A stretch of DNA of 64,000 bases. Source: Mobula hypostoma. Lineage: Eukaryota. Each line of letters starts with the position of its first letter. Within the stretch, counting starts at the first letter, position 1. Both the position numbers and the translations under genes were made by a program. Location: positions 99,326,001 through 99,390,000 of the forward strand of contig NC_086107.1 of assembly GCF_963921235.1 (NCBI RefSeq), in the 5' to 3' direction. The notes under the pieces were generated by a model. The model was given only the letters and a program-made list of their open reading frames with translations. It was not told the origin of the DNA and made no database searches. Positions 35,049 through 47,821 of this stretch are shown here, in pieces.

Positions 35049-35872
35049 CTATCAAATCTCCCCTCATTCTTCTACGCTCCAGGGAGTAAAGTCCTAACCT
35101 ATTCAACCTTTCTCTGTAACTGAGTTTCTCAAGTCCCGGCAACATCCTTGTAAACCTTCTCTGCACTCTTTCAACCTTATTTATATCCTTCCTGTAATTT
35201 GGTGACCAAAACTGAACACAATACTCCAGATTCGGCCTCACCAATGCCTTATACAACCTCATCATAACATTCCAGCTCTTATACTCAATACTTTGATTAA
35301 TAAAGGCCAATGTACCAAAAGCTCTCTTTACGACCCTATCTACCTGTGACGCCACTTTTAGGGAATTTTGTATCTGTATTCCCAGATCCCTCTGTTCCAC
35401 TGCACTCCTCAATGCCTTATGTTCAATTTGGTTTGTCCTTCCAACGTGAAATACCGCACACTTGTCAGTATTAAACTCCATCTGCCATTTTTCAGCCCAT
35501 TTTTCCACCTGGTCCAAGTCTCTCTGCAGGCTCTGAAAACCTTCCTCACTGTCTACTACACCTCCAATCTTTGTATCATCAGCAAACTTGCTGATCCAAT
35601 TTACCACATTATCATCCAGATCATTGATATAGATGACAAATAACAATGGATCCAGCACTGATCCCTGTGGCACACCACTAGTCACAGGCCTCCACTCTGA
35701 GAAGCAATTCTCTACCACCACTCTCTGGCTTCTTCCATCGAGCCAATATCTAATCCAATTTACCACCTCTCCATGTATACCTAGCCACTGAATTTTCCTA
35801 ACTAACCTCCCATGTGGGACCTTGTCAAAGGCCTTACTGAAGTCCATGTAGACAATATCCACTGCCTTCCCT
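35049..35872 (-). mobile_element. CR1 family B, 3' part (continues at 39049-39640)
   Basis: ORF 35017-35862 DIVYMDFSKAFDKVPH...KFADDTK; joins EEVIRKV at 39049 once the nested element is removed. Confidence 0.9.
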
Positions 35873-38800
35873 TAGAAACATAGAAACATAGAAAATAGGT
35901 GCAGGAGTAGGCCATTCGGCCCTTCAAGCCTGCACCGCCATTTATTATGATCATGGCTGATCATCCAACTCAGAACCCCGCCCCAGCCTTCCCTCCATAC
36001 CCCCTGACCCCCGTAGCCACAAGGGCCATATCTAACTCCCTCTTAAATATAGCCAATGAACTGGCCTCAACTGTTTCCTGTGGCAGAGAATTCCACAGAT
36101 TCACCACTCTCTGTGTGAAGAAGTTTTTCCTCATCTTGGTCCTAAAAGGCTTCCCCTTTATCCTCAAACTGTGACCCCTTGTTCTGGACTTCCCCAACAT
36201 CGGGAACAATCTTCCTGCATCTAGCCTGTCCAATCCCTTTAGGATTTTATACGTTTCAATCAGATCCCCCCTCAATCTTCTAAATTCCAACGAGTACAAG
36301 CCCAGTTCATCCAGTCTTTCATCATATGGAAGTCCTGCCATCCCAGGAATTAATCTGGTGAACCTTTTTTGTACTCCTTCTATGGCAAGGATGTCTTTCC
36401 TCAGATTAGGGGACCAAAACTGCACACAATACTCCAGGTGTGGTCTCACCAAGGCCTTGTACAACTGCAGTAGTACGTCCCTGCTCCTGTACTCGAATCC
36501 TCTCGCTATAAATGCCAGCATACCATTCGCCTTTTTCACCGCCTGCTGTACCTGCATGCCCACTTTCAATGACTGGTGTATAATGACACCCAGGTCTCGT
36601 TGCACCTCCCCTTTTCCTAATCGGCCACCATTCAGATAATAATCTGTTTTCCTATTTTTGCCACCAAAGTGGATAACTTCACATTTATCCACATTAAATT
36701 GCATCTGCCATGAATTTGCCCACTCACCCAACCTATCCAAGTCACCCTGCGTCCTCTTAGCATCCTCCTCACAGCTAACACTGCCACCCAGCTTCGTGTA
36801 ATCCGCAAACTTGGAGATGCTGCATTTAATTCCCTCATCCAAGTCATTAATATATATTGTAAACAACTGGGGTCCCAGCACTGAGCCTTGCGGTACCCCA
36901 CTAGTCACCGCCTGCCATTCTGAAAAGGTCCTGTTTATTCCCACTCTTTGCTTCCTGTCTGCTAACCAATTCTCCATCCACATCAATACCTTACCCCCAA
37001 TACAGTGTGCTTTAAGTTTGCACACTAATCTCCTGTGTGGGACCTTGTCAAAAGCCTTTTGAAAATCCAAATATACCACATCCACTGGTTCTCCCCTATC
37101 CACTCTACTGGTTACATTCTCAAAAAATTCTATGAGATTTGTCAGACATGATTTTCCTTTCACAAATCCATGCTGACTTTGTCCGATGATTTCACCGCTT
37201 TCCAAATGTGCTGTTATCGCATCTTTGATAACTGACTCCAGCAGTTTCCCCACCACCGACGTTAGGCTAACCGGTCTATAATTCCCCGGTTTCTCTCTCC
37301 CTCCTTTTTTAAAAAGTGGGGTTACATTAGCCACCGTCCAATCCTTAGGAACTAGTCCAGAATCTAACGAGTTTTGAAAAATTATCACTAATGCATCCAC
37401 TATTTCTTGGGCTACTTCCTTAAGCACTCTAGGATGCAGACCATCTGGCCCTGGGGATTTATCTGCCTTCAATCCCTTCAATTTACCTAACACCACTTCC
37501 CTACTAACAAGTATTTCGTTCAGTTCCTCCATCTCCCTGGACCCTCTGTCCCCTACTATTTCTGGAAGATTATTTATGTCCTCCTTAGTGAAGACAGAAC
37601 CAAAGTAATTATTCAATTGGTCTGCCATGTCCTTGCTCCCCATAATCAATTCACCTGTTTCTGTCTGTAGGGGACCTACATTTGTCTTTACCAGTCTTTT
37701 CCTTTTTACATATCTATAAAAGCTTTTACAGTCAGTTTTTATGTTCCCTGCCAGTTTTCTCTCATAATCTTTTTTCCCCTTCCTAATTAAGCCCTTTGTC
37801 CTCCTCTGCTGAACTCTGAATTTTTCCCTGTCCTCAGGTGAGCCACTTTCTCTGGCTAATTTGTATGCTTCTTCTTTGGAATTGATACTATCCCTAATTT
37901 CTCTTGTCAGCCATGGGTGCACTACCTTCCTTGATTTATTCTTTTGCCAAACTGGGATGAACAATTGTTGTAGTTCATCCATGCAACCTTTAAATGCTTG
38001 CCATTGCATATCCACCGTCAATCCTTTAAGTGTCATTTGCCAGTCTATCTTAGCTAATTCACGTCTCATACCTTCAAAGTTACCCCTCTTTAAGTTCAGA
38101 ACCTTTGTTTCTGAATTAACTATGTCACTCTCCATCTTAATGAAGAATTCCACCATATTATGGTCACTCTTCCCAAGGGGCCTCTCACAACAAGATTGCT
38201 AATTAACCCTTCCTCATTGCTCAAAACCCAGTCCAGAATAGCCTGCTCTCTAGTTGGTTCCTCGACATGTTGGTTCAAAAAACCATCCCGCATACGTTCC
38301 AAGAAATCCTCTTCCTCAGCACCTTTACCAATTTGGTTCACCCAATCTACATGTAGATTGAAGTCACCCATTATAACTGCTGTTCCTTTATTGCACACAT
38401 TTCTATTTTCCTGTTTAATACCATCTCCGACCTCACTACTACTGTTAGGTGGCCTGTACACAACTCCCACCAGTGTCTTCTGCCCCTTAGTGTTACGCAG
38501 CTCTACCCATATCGATTCCACATCTTCCCGGCTTATGTCCTTCCTTTCTATTGCGTTAATCTCTTCTTTAACCAGCAACGCCACCCCACCTCCCCTTCCT
38601 TCATGTCTATCCCTCCTGAATATTGAATATCCCTGAACGTTGAGCTCCCATCCTTGGTCACCCTGGAGCCATGTCTCTGTGATCCCAACTATATCATAAT
38701 CATTAATAACAATCTGCACTTTCAATTCATCCACCTTGTTACGAATGCTCCTTGCATTGACACACAAAGCCTTCAGGTGCTCTTTTACAACTCTCTTAGC

Positions 38801-39048
38801 CCTTATACAATTATGTTGAAAAGTGGCCCTTTTTAATGCTTGCCCTGGATTTGTCGGCCTGCCACTTTTACTTTTCTCCTTAGTACTTTTTGCTTCTACC
38901 CTCACTTTACACCCCTCTGTCTCTCTGCACTGGTTCCCATCCCCCTGTTGTGAACTAACCTCCTCATGCCTAGCCTCTTTAATTTGATTCCCACCCCCTA
39001 ACCATTCTAGTTTAAAGTCACCTCAGTAGCCCTCGCTAATCTCCCTGC
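35873..39048 (-). mobile_element. Young CR1 family A: ORF1 C-terminus + nearly intact ORF2 (APE + RT) + 3' tail
   Basis: ORF 38120-38905 (NARSIRNK, GITETWL, MGDFN) and ORF 35970-38156 (RT) are separated by one frameshift at GPLG/SDHN (~38175); (TTTCTATG)n tail at 35873-35895. Confidence 0.95.
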
Positions 39049-39640
39049 CACTTTCCTGATAACCTCCTCGAAAAACTCCAAAAGATTGGTCAAACATGAC
39101 CTACCACGCACAAAGCCATGTTGACTCTCCCTAATAAGTCCCTGTCTATCCAAATGCTTGTAGATTCTGTCTCTTAGTACTCCCTCCAATAACTTACCTA
39201 CTACCGACGTTAAACTTACTGGCCTATAATTTCCCGGATTACTTTTCGATCCTTTTTTAAACAACGGAACAACATGGGCCACTCTCCAATCCTCCGGTAC
39301 CTCACCTGTAGACAGCGACATTTTAAATATTTCAGCCAGGGCCCCTGCAATTTCAACACTAGTCTCCTTCAAGGTCCGAGGGAACACCCTGTCAGGTCCC
39401 GGGGATTTATCCACTTTAATTTTCCTCAAGACAGCAAGGACCTCCTCCTTTTCGATCTGTACAGTTTCCATGATCTCACTACTTGTTTCCCTTAATTCCA
39501 TAGACTTCATGCCAATTTCCTTAGTAAATACAGATGCAAAAAACCTATTTAAGATCTCCCCCATTTCCTTTGGTTCCGCACATAGCCAACCACTCTGATC
39601 TTCAAGAGGACCAATTTTATCCCTTACAATCCTTTTGCTC
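39049..39640 (-). mobile_element. CR1 family B, 5' part
   Basis: KSPGPD...NYRPVSLTSVVGK...SQHGFVRGRSCLTNLLEFFEEV. Confidence 0.9.
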
Positions 39641-39980
39641 TTGCCCATTGCCCATCTTCTGGGTTTTCCCCCCTCCCCCTTTTCTTTCTCCCTGGGCCTC
39701 CTGTCCCATGATCCTCTCATATCCCTTTTGCCAATCAACTGTCCAGCTCTTGGCTCCATCCCTCCCCCTCCTGTCTTTTCCTATCATTTTGGATCTTCCC
39801 CTCCCCCTCCCACTTTCAGATCTTTTACTAGCTCTTCTTTCAGTTAGTCCTGACGAAGGGTCTCAGCCCGAAACGTCGACTGTACCTCTTCCTAGAGATA
39901 CTGCCTGGCCTGCTGCGTTCACCAGCAACTTTGATGTGTGTTGCTTGAATTTCCAGTATCTGCAAATTTCCTCGTGTTTG
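39641..39980 (+). mobile_element. Penelope-like terminal repeat
   Basis: Same sequence as the PLE 3' regions at 13500-13790 and 47150-47484. Confidence 0.85.
39846..39881 (+). ncRNA. Minimal type I hammerhead ribozyme motif (Penelope-associated), best copy in the window
   Basis: AGTC-CTGACGA-A-GGGTCTCAGCCC-GAAAC-GTC^GACT: stem I AGUC/GACU, CUGANGA and GAAA cores, stem II GGGU/GCCC, palindromic ACGU stem III, GUC cleavage triplet. Confidence 0.75.
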
Positions 39981-40019
39981 CATTTTTAAATACACACACA
40001 GTGTCAGGGGGTATACAAT

Positions 40020-40800
40020 CGTGCACTTTGGTAGAGGAAATAAAAGTTAAACTGTTTTCTAAACAGGAAGAAAATGCAAAAATCCAAGGTGCAAAGGGAC
40101 TTGGGAGTCCTTGTGCAGGGTTCCCTAAAGGTTAATTTGCGGGTTGAGTCTGTGGTGAGGAAGGCAAGTGCAATGTTCGCATTCATTTCAAGAGGACTAG
40201 AATATAAAAGCAAGGATGTAATGCTGAGGCTTTATAAAGCACTGGTGGGGCCTCACTTGAGGTACTGTGAGCAGTTTTGGGCCCCTTATCTTAGCAAGGA
40301 TGTGCTGACATTGGAGAGAGTTCAAAGGAGTTTTGCGAAAATGATTTCAGGAATGAAAGACTTATCATATGAAGAGTGTTTGATGGCTCTGAGTCTGTTC
40401 TGTCTGGAATTTAGAAAAGTGAGGGGGAGATCTCATTGAAACCGATCAAACGTTGAAAGGTCTGGATAGAGTGGATGTGGAGAGGATGTTTCTTGTAGTG
40501 GGGGAGTCTAAGACCAGGGGAAACATCGGAAAAGAGGGTCATCCATTTAGAACGGAGATGAGGTGGAATTTCTTTAGCCAGAGGGTGGTGAATCTATGGA
40601 ATTCATTGCCACAGGCAGCTGTGGGGTCCAGGCCTTTGGGCATATGTAACGCAGAGGGTGATAGATTCTTGGTAAGCCAGGCTGTAAAAGGTTACAGGGA
40701 GAAGACCGGCGAATGAGCTTGAAAAGGGAAGTGGATCAGCCAAGATCAAATGGCAGAGCGGACAATGGGCCAAATGGCTTAATTATGCCTTTCTGTTATC
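40020..40800 (+). mobile_element. Decayed CR1 3' fragment
   Basis: ORFs 40074-40439 and 40453-40716 (QRDLGVLV, RLYKALV, RVVNLWNSLP). Confidence 0.85.
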
Positions 40801-40806
40801 TTGTAG

Positions 40807-40835
40807 ACACACTCACACACTCGCTCACACAGACA

Positions 40836-40877
<42 letters not shown>

Positions 40878-41490
40878 CTCTCACAATCACACACTCACAC
40901 ACACACTCATACACACACTCACTCTCACACACTCACTCACACTCTCTCACTCTCACTCTCTCACACTCACTCTCACACTCACACACACACTCTCTCTCTC
41001 TCTCACTCTCTCTCACACTCAGACTCACACACACTCACACACCCTCTCACACTCTCTCTCACTCTCTGTCTCACACTCAGACTCACACACACACTCACAC
41101 ACACTCACTCTCTCTCTCACACACAGACTCACACACACTCTCTCACTCTCTGTCTCACACTCACTCTCTCTCTCACACACACACTCACTCTCACACACTC
41201 TCACTCACACTCTCTCACTCTCACTCTCTCACACTCACTCTCACACTCACACACACACACTCACTCTCTCTCTCTCACTCTCTCTCACACTCAGACTCAC
41301 ACACCCTCTCACACTCTCTCTCACTCTGTCTCACACTCAGACTCACACACACACGCACACACACTCACACACACTCACTCTCTCTCTCACTCTCTCTCAC
41401 ACTCAGACTCACACACACTCTCTCACTCTCTGTCACTCTCTGTCTCACACTCACTCTCTCTCTCACACATAATCTCACACTCACACACTC
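40807..41490. repeat. Compound (CA)/(CT) microsatellite
   Basis: Directly visible. Confidence 0.95.
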
Positions 41491-43419
41491 TCTTGGCTTC
41501 CTTGCTCTAGGGTCTCAGTCCCTTCCCTTCTCCTAACACTCCGCTTGTTTACAAAACTCCGGGCTTTGATTTTGTTTTACTTTCCAGCTGAGGCCCCTGA
41601 GATGATTAATACGAGTTTCCTACCTCTGATCCAAGCTCTAAGACAGACTCAATAGAGGACTGCAGAAACACATGGCCTGGGAGGAAACCATTGCAGGTAT
41701 ACCAGCTAAAGGAAAAGCCTCAGGCTGTTTCCTGTCTTCCAGCTTATGGTCCACAGTTCTACATCATCTGAAGTTACTTATCTGGAAAGGAGTAGTAGTT
41801 CCAGCCCCAGCAGCCCAATCACATTTTACCAATGCATTCTCCATTCTTGGCCTTCTCATTCACTCTGTCCAGCCTCCCCGTACCCCTCAGTTCAATCTCA
41901 CCACCTCTTACTGAAGTTGCACAGAGCTTGGTGCTGTTCAGTGCGCCGTTCTGAGCTTCCTAGCCAGGGTTAAAGTAGTCGCAGAGGGAGAGCAGGGTGG
42001 ATTCACTCGATCTGGTTCCTGGCAAAGCAGCTCTGCTGTCTGAGCAAAGAGTGGGTAGACGAGGTCAGCTGAAGAACTCAGCAGGCCAGGCAGCATCTGT
42101 GGAAGGGAATAAATAGTCAACGTTTTGGGCCGAGACCCCTCATCAGCACTCTCGTCGTGACTAGCGTTTGGAAGAATGGGAGGGGATCTCACTGAAATGT
42201 AAAGCATTCTGCCAGAGATTAACAAACTGATTGCAGGAAGGTGCTACCCCTGGCCTGGGCAGACTTGCTGAGGAGTCATGGTGTCAGGGTACAGGATGAG
42301 ACATTCAGGACTGAAACGAGAAACTTCTTCAGCCTGAGAGTGTAAACTTGTGGAACTTGTAGAAGGACCGGAGAGGACATCACAGAATATACCAGAGGAG
42401 AGAGGCTTCTAGGCACTGGTATGGGGACAGCATATCAGTCGAAGCTGCATAGAATGTTGGGTCATGCTGAATGACCTAATCCTGGTCCTTTTTCCCCACG
42501 TTAACCCCATGTAAACCAGTCTTTCCTCTCGTCCTCCAGTCCCTGTACCTACCCATTAATCTCCTTGGGAAAGTTAAAACCCACAAGATCAAAGGGAACC
42601 TGTCAATTGGGATCTGCTGATTTTCTCTTGTTTGCGGAGTAAGGTCTAAAGTTGGCCCATGGGCAGAAGGCCAAGCGCAATGATCATTGGGAGCTGGCGA
42701 CTGGAGGGCTTGGGATCTGCTGTACCTGCAGGGCTCATACCTCCGCACTCACTTGGGCTAAATGCCTGATAAAGATCAAAGTGCCCGGGGATGTACAATA
42801 CACGTGTGGGTGCCCGTGCAGAGAGCTGACGAAACCAGTCCAGGTCCTTCCCGCGTTAGAGGAGAACTGTCCAAAAACCAAACAGAAACAACTTCAATAA
42901 TGTCCAACCAACATGAACATTTATTTAGCATCTTCCCCTCTGCCGTCACAGTGGCCCAGGATGAGAATGCCCCATATCCAATGGCTTGAGTGGCCTGAAA
43001 GCACCAAAAGGATGTTACATTGTTTGATAAAAGTGTTTTACAAGTGCCAGTGGAAGAGATGGACTTGTCAGTTTCCAAAGCGAATCTCTTCAGTGGTCCA
43101 TCATAAACTGGCACAATGTTCTTAACAGACAATGTTGCTGATCACTACAGGGGAGGTTACATATGAAGTTTTATTTTGAAAGTTTGACTGTTTAACTAGC
43201 TTCTGCTCCAAACTTCTGTTTGGAGTTCTAACTCTTCCATCTGAAAAAAGACTTTAAAAATAATTATAGGAGAATTATCATTAAGTCAGGTTTCCATAAA
43301 TCAGGTCGTCCACGATCAAAAAGCCATTTCCAGAAGCTCCCAAGGTCTGAGTGTGTTTCTCCATTTATTCAGCTTGGGTTTGATACTAGGAAAGTGTATG
43401 TGTCCACACGCAGGCACAC

Positions 43420-43420
43420 A

Positions 43421-43454
<34 letters not shown>

Positions 43455-43473
43455 GCTCTCTCTGTCTCTCTCC

Positions 43474-43531
<58 letters not shown>

Positions 43532-43565
43532 GTCTCTCTCACACTCACACACTCGCACATTCTCA
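43420..43565. repeat. (TCTG)n(TC)n microsatellite
   Basis: Directly visible. Confidence 0.9.
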
Positions 43566-45249
43566 CACCAAATTGGTGAAGGACATGAAATGAACGAACA
43601 GACAAATCTTTGAGCCTAGTGATGAGTGGAGTGAACTGTTTCTGGGTTGACTGCAGGAGTCCAGCTCCACCTATTTGACTTCTGACCTCGTGTAGGAAAT
43701 GAGGGTGATAGGTGGGAAGGGGGAATAGTTTAAACCCAGACCAAATATTCCATGGTGGAGGGAAACAATAACTAGGCCAACAGATTGAGAACTGGCACTG
43801 TGAGAGTGGTTCAGTGAGATTCAATGCTGCACTGAGAGAGCATCAGGGCCACCTCCTGATCAGTGGGCAGGCAGCAGACTCGAATAGCTCTATGTCCATT
43901 AACTTTGCATCTACAGTCGACGATGTGTTGTGGACTGCTCTCTTTGGTTCCCTAGACACCGATCTCACACCACAAGCCTTTGTTGGCCATGCTTGGTTTT
44001 TGGTCAGACCAACACAACCATGTTCTACTGCTGTTGAGTTAGTATGTGGAAGACTGAGAAAACATTTGCGCTTCGTTCATTCACATTGAGGGGGAACGTG
44101 GCAGCTGAAAAAGAAGATGAAAGACCTGCCCAACAGAAGCTCCTGAAACCTTTCACTCCACAGACAATCCTGACATCACCCTCTCCAACCACTCGAACTG
44201 CCCATCTCCCACACACTCCTCCCACCAGTTCCCCTCCCCACATCCTTTCCTTTATTCCATGGTCCACTGCCTTCTCTTGTCAGGTTCCATCTCCTTCAGC
44301 CCTTTGTCACTTCCACCTATGACCTCCCAGGCTCTCCCCTCCCTCCCTTGCCTATCACCTCCTCAACGAGAGATCAGATTTAGTATAGATCAGTGATAAC
44401 ATCTTCTCACTGATAACACGGGCTCATCTCAAGGATGTGTGCTTAGCCCACAGCTCCACCCTCTCTACACTCATGACTGTGTGGCTAGGCACAGATCAAA
44501 TGCCAACTATAAATTGACCGATATTTTTTATGGTGCAGTGATAAAAATTGGTGAGGGTCCAAGAAGGGGGATGTGCCAAATTTCTTTAGCCTCCCGAGGA
44601 AGTAGAGGGGCTGGTGTGCTTTCTTGCCTGTAGCACTAGCCTGACAGAGAATCGCTTCCCAGAGTAAAGAAATTATGACTCAAGAAATTATGACTCAAGA
44701 CATGAAGGGAATTTACATCATGGAAATTCCTGTTAGTGGCACAAACGAACCTTATATCTCGAGACAATATATTAGAGGGATAGTTGGTTTGTGGAACAGA
44801 GAGAATAGAGGAGAGAGATTTCTAGGCACAGGAATGAGGAGGTAGAGTAAAACCTTAGGGAAATAAAATCGAAGGTAGACTCAGAAGTATATTCCTCTTA
44901 ATTTAAGAGAAGTACAAGGAAATATGGGAGTCTTGTGATCATGAGGATTTGGTTGAAGTGGATACAGTAGAGGCTGTCGGAAAGAGAAAACAATTTCGCA
45001 CTGAACTGAGTCAGAAGGTGACTCCTCAGTCAAGATGAAGATGCAACGGCAACAGTGCTTTTGACAATAGCTAAGTGATTCAGAGACCGTGATGGGCGCA
45101 AAGAGATGAAAACCAATGTAGGGTTTATGATGTGTGCTCCACGGGCTTGGTGCATTTCCGACGTCACAGTTTAGTTGGAGAGATTGATAAACCAGTTACA
45201 AGTCGCCTTGTCAGAAGAGTTTTATCTGAGCCAATAACAATAAAGAAGG

Positions 45250-46900
45250 TGTAAGCAGAGCGGCCATTGTTGGAGCGGGCCAGTGTTAGAGTGGAAGGCT
45301 TTGGCTCAAAGGCTTCTGTGAGAACAGGCTTGGGCAAGCACAGGCAGGGGTTCCAATTAAGTTTCTAGTAAGTTTTTTTAAACTCTTTTTCTTGGTCTAT
45401 TAGTGCATAGCTAGTGCACTGAGAATGGGTCCAGAGTTAGTGCTGTGTGAGCTGTGGGAGGTCTGAGAGGCCTCCAGTATCCCTGATAACTACATCTGCA
45501 CAAAATGCATCGAGCTACAACTTCTCAGAGACCGTTTTAAGGAACTGGAACTGCAGCTCGACAACCTTCGGTTCATATGTCGGAATGAGGAGGTGATAGA
45601 TAGGAGCTACAGGGAGGCAGTCACCCCTAAGCTGCAGTAGGCAGGTACCTGAGTGACTGTCAGGAGAGGGAAAGGGAATATGCAGCCAGTGCAGAGTGCC
45701 CCTGTGGCCATTCCTCTCAGCATACTGTTTTGGATACTACCACAGGGAAGCCTCAGTGATTGGGTCTCTGACACCGAGTCTGGCTCCGTGGCTCAAAAGA
45801 TAAAGGGGAAGAAGAGGAGTACAGAAGTGATGAGGGATTTCATGGTTAGAGGAGCAGACAGGAGGTTCTGTGGATACGAACAAGAAACCTGGGTGGTATT
45901 TTGCCTCCCAGGTGCCTGGGTCAGGGATGTCTCAAATCAGGTCCACAGCATTCTAAGGGGGGAGGGTGAGCAGCCAGAAATCGTATTACATATTTGTTCC
46001 AACGACATAGGTAGGAAAAGGGAGAAGGTCCTAAAGAGAGAACGCAGGGAGCTAGGTAGAAAGCTGAAAAGTGGGACCCTCAGAATTGGATGATTTCCAG
46101 ATACTTGCCTGTTACATACACCTGTTAGGGTGCATTCTCCAGTTACCTTATAAGGTAACCGTAGCCTTCAGCCAGGAGCAGATGTCCTCAGGTGGTTCCC
46201 AAACTTCACCGAGTATTTTGACCCTTAACCATGACATTCTCCAGTTGGCAGGCCGGCAGTGGTGGCCAAATCACTGCCCATCTGCTCCCGGCTTCCAGCT
46301 CCCCTCCTCTCGCCTACTCCAAATCCAACAAGAGGCTCGTTCTGCCTCTTCCCCCATCCTACAAGCTGCTTGTTTTTTGCTTCTTTCATCTAGGCCCAGA
46401 TCTGACAACAACCGCCATGCTGATTTGGCTGGGAAACCTCTGCAGCCGATCTCCACAGGGAACAACCATGCCTGCCATCCCTTGTCTTTACACTCCTGCA
46501 GTAAGAGCTGGAACTGCTGACGAATTGGAGCAGGGAGCAGGGTTTCAAATTTCTGGATGATTGGGATCTCTTCTGGGGAAGGGACGACCTGTACGAAAGA
46601 ATGGGTTACACCTAAACCCAAGGGGATCTAATATCCTTCCAGACAGGTTCGCTAGAGCAGTTGCAGAGGATTTAAACTAATCTGGCAAGAGGATGGGAAT
46701 TGGAACAAGAGGGCTGTGGATGGGGCAGTTGGTATACAAGTCGATGCAGTGTGTAGTGAGACTGTGAGGAAGGACGGGCGGACAGAGCAAAATTTCAGTT
46801 GGAGGGATGAGGTGAAGGATAACAGGGGGGCGAAATCAAAAAGGGTGACGAATACGGGACTGAAGGTGTTATAGTGAATGCACGCAGTATGGTTAATGAT
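45250..46900 (+). mobile_element. CR1 5' region: ORF1 remnant (Zn-finger/leucine zipper + esterase-like), interrupted
   Basis: YICTKCIELQLLRDRFKELELQLD, VRGADRRFCG...CLPGAWVRDVS...HICSNDIG and LFWGRDDLYEKNGLHLN-type segments. Confidence 0.8.
46091..46521 (-). mobile_element. 3' fragment of a restriction-like-endonuclease non-LTR retrotransposon (HERO-like)
   Basis: ECKDKGWQAWLFPVEIGCRGF...AERASCWIWSRR; flanked by GAATTGGA at 46083-46090 and 46522-46529. Confidence 0.7.
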
Positions 46901-46985
46901 GTAGCACAGTTAGAGATTGGCGGGTACAACGTTGTAGTTAGCATTGGCACTGCTTTTTGTGCTATTTATCAATGATTTGGGTAAC

Positions 46986-47484
46986 CATTCTGATATGTCT
47001 ATCCACGGCCTCCTCTACTGTGGAGATGAAGCCACACTCAGGTTGGAGGAACAACACCTTATATTTTGTCTGGGTAGCCTCCAACCTGATGGCATGAACA
47101 TTGACTTCTCTAACTTCCGCTAATGCCCCACCTCCCCCTCGTACCCCATCCATTATTGCCCATCCTCTGGGTTCCCCCCCTTCTTTCTCCCTCGGCCTCC
47201 TGTCCCATGATCCTCTCATATCCCCTTTGCCAATCACCTGTCCAGCTCTTGGCTCCATCCCTCCCCCTCCTGTCTTCTCCTGTCATTTTGGATCTCCCCC
47301 TCCCCCCCCGCCACTTTCAAATCTCTTACTAGCTCTTCTTTTAGTTAGTCTTGACAAAGGGTCTCGGCCTGAAACATCGACTGTACCTCTTCCTAGAGAT
47401 GCTGCCTGGCCTGCTGCATTCACCAGCAACTTTTATGTGTGTTGCTTGAAATTCCAGCACCTGCAGATTTCCTCGTGTTTGCGT
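46986..47484 (+). mobile_element. Penelope-like element 3' fragment
   Basis: HSDMSIHGLLYCGDEATLRLEEQHLIFCLGSLQPDGMNIDFSNF plus terminal repeat; GGGTAAC duplicated on both sides within a CR1. Confidence 0.85.
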
Positions 47485-47821
47485 GGGTAACGGAATTGAT
47501 GGCTCTGTGGCCATATTTGTGGACAACACAAAAATAGGTGGAGGGGCTTGCAGTCTGCAGGAGGACTTCGATTTATAGGAGGGGCAAAGAAGTGGTAGAT
47601 GGAATATAGTGTTGGAAAGTGGATGGTCATGCACTTTGGTAAAGGAATACAGTCGTAGACTACTTTCTAAACGGGGAGAAAATTAAAGTATCCCGAAATC
47701 TGCTTCTGCTGCCATCGGGGGAGGAGATTTGGGAGGCAAAGAGCTCACCGACCTCGCTCTTTGCCTCAGATCATCGTCCGATCCAGAGTCCGCTCTGTGA
47801 AGTGGGGAAAGGTATTCTCTT

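Noticed and set aside
39007..39759. 250-aa ORF as a novel fusion protein
   Set aside because: Chance in-frame junction of a Penelope repeat, CR1-B RT and the CR1-A ORF1 end.
40713..41510. His/Thr/Ser/Leu-rich 265-aa ORF
   Set aside because: Translation of the (CA)/(CT) microsatellite.
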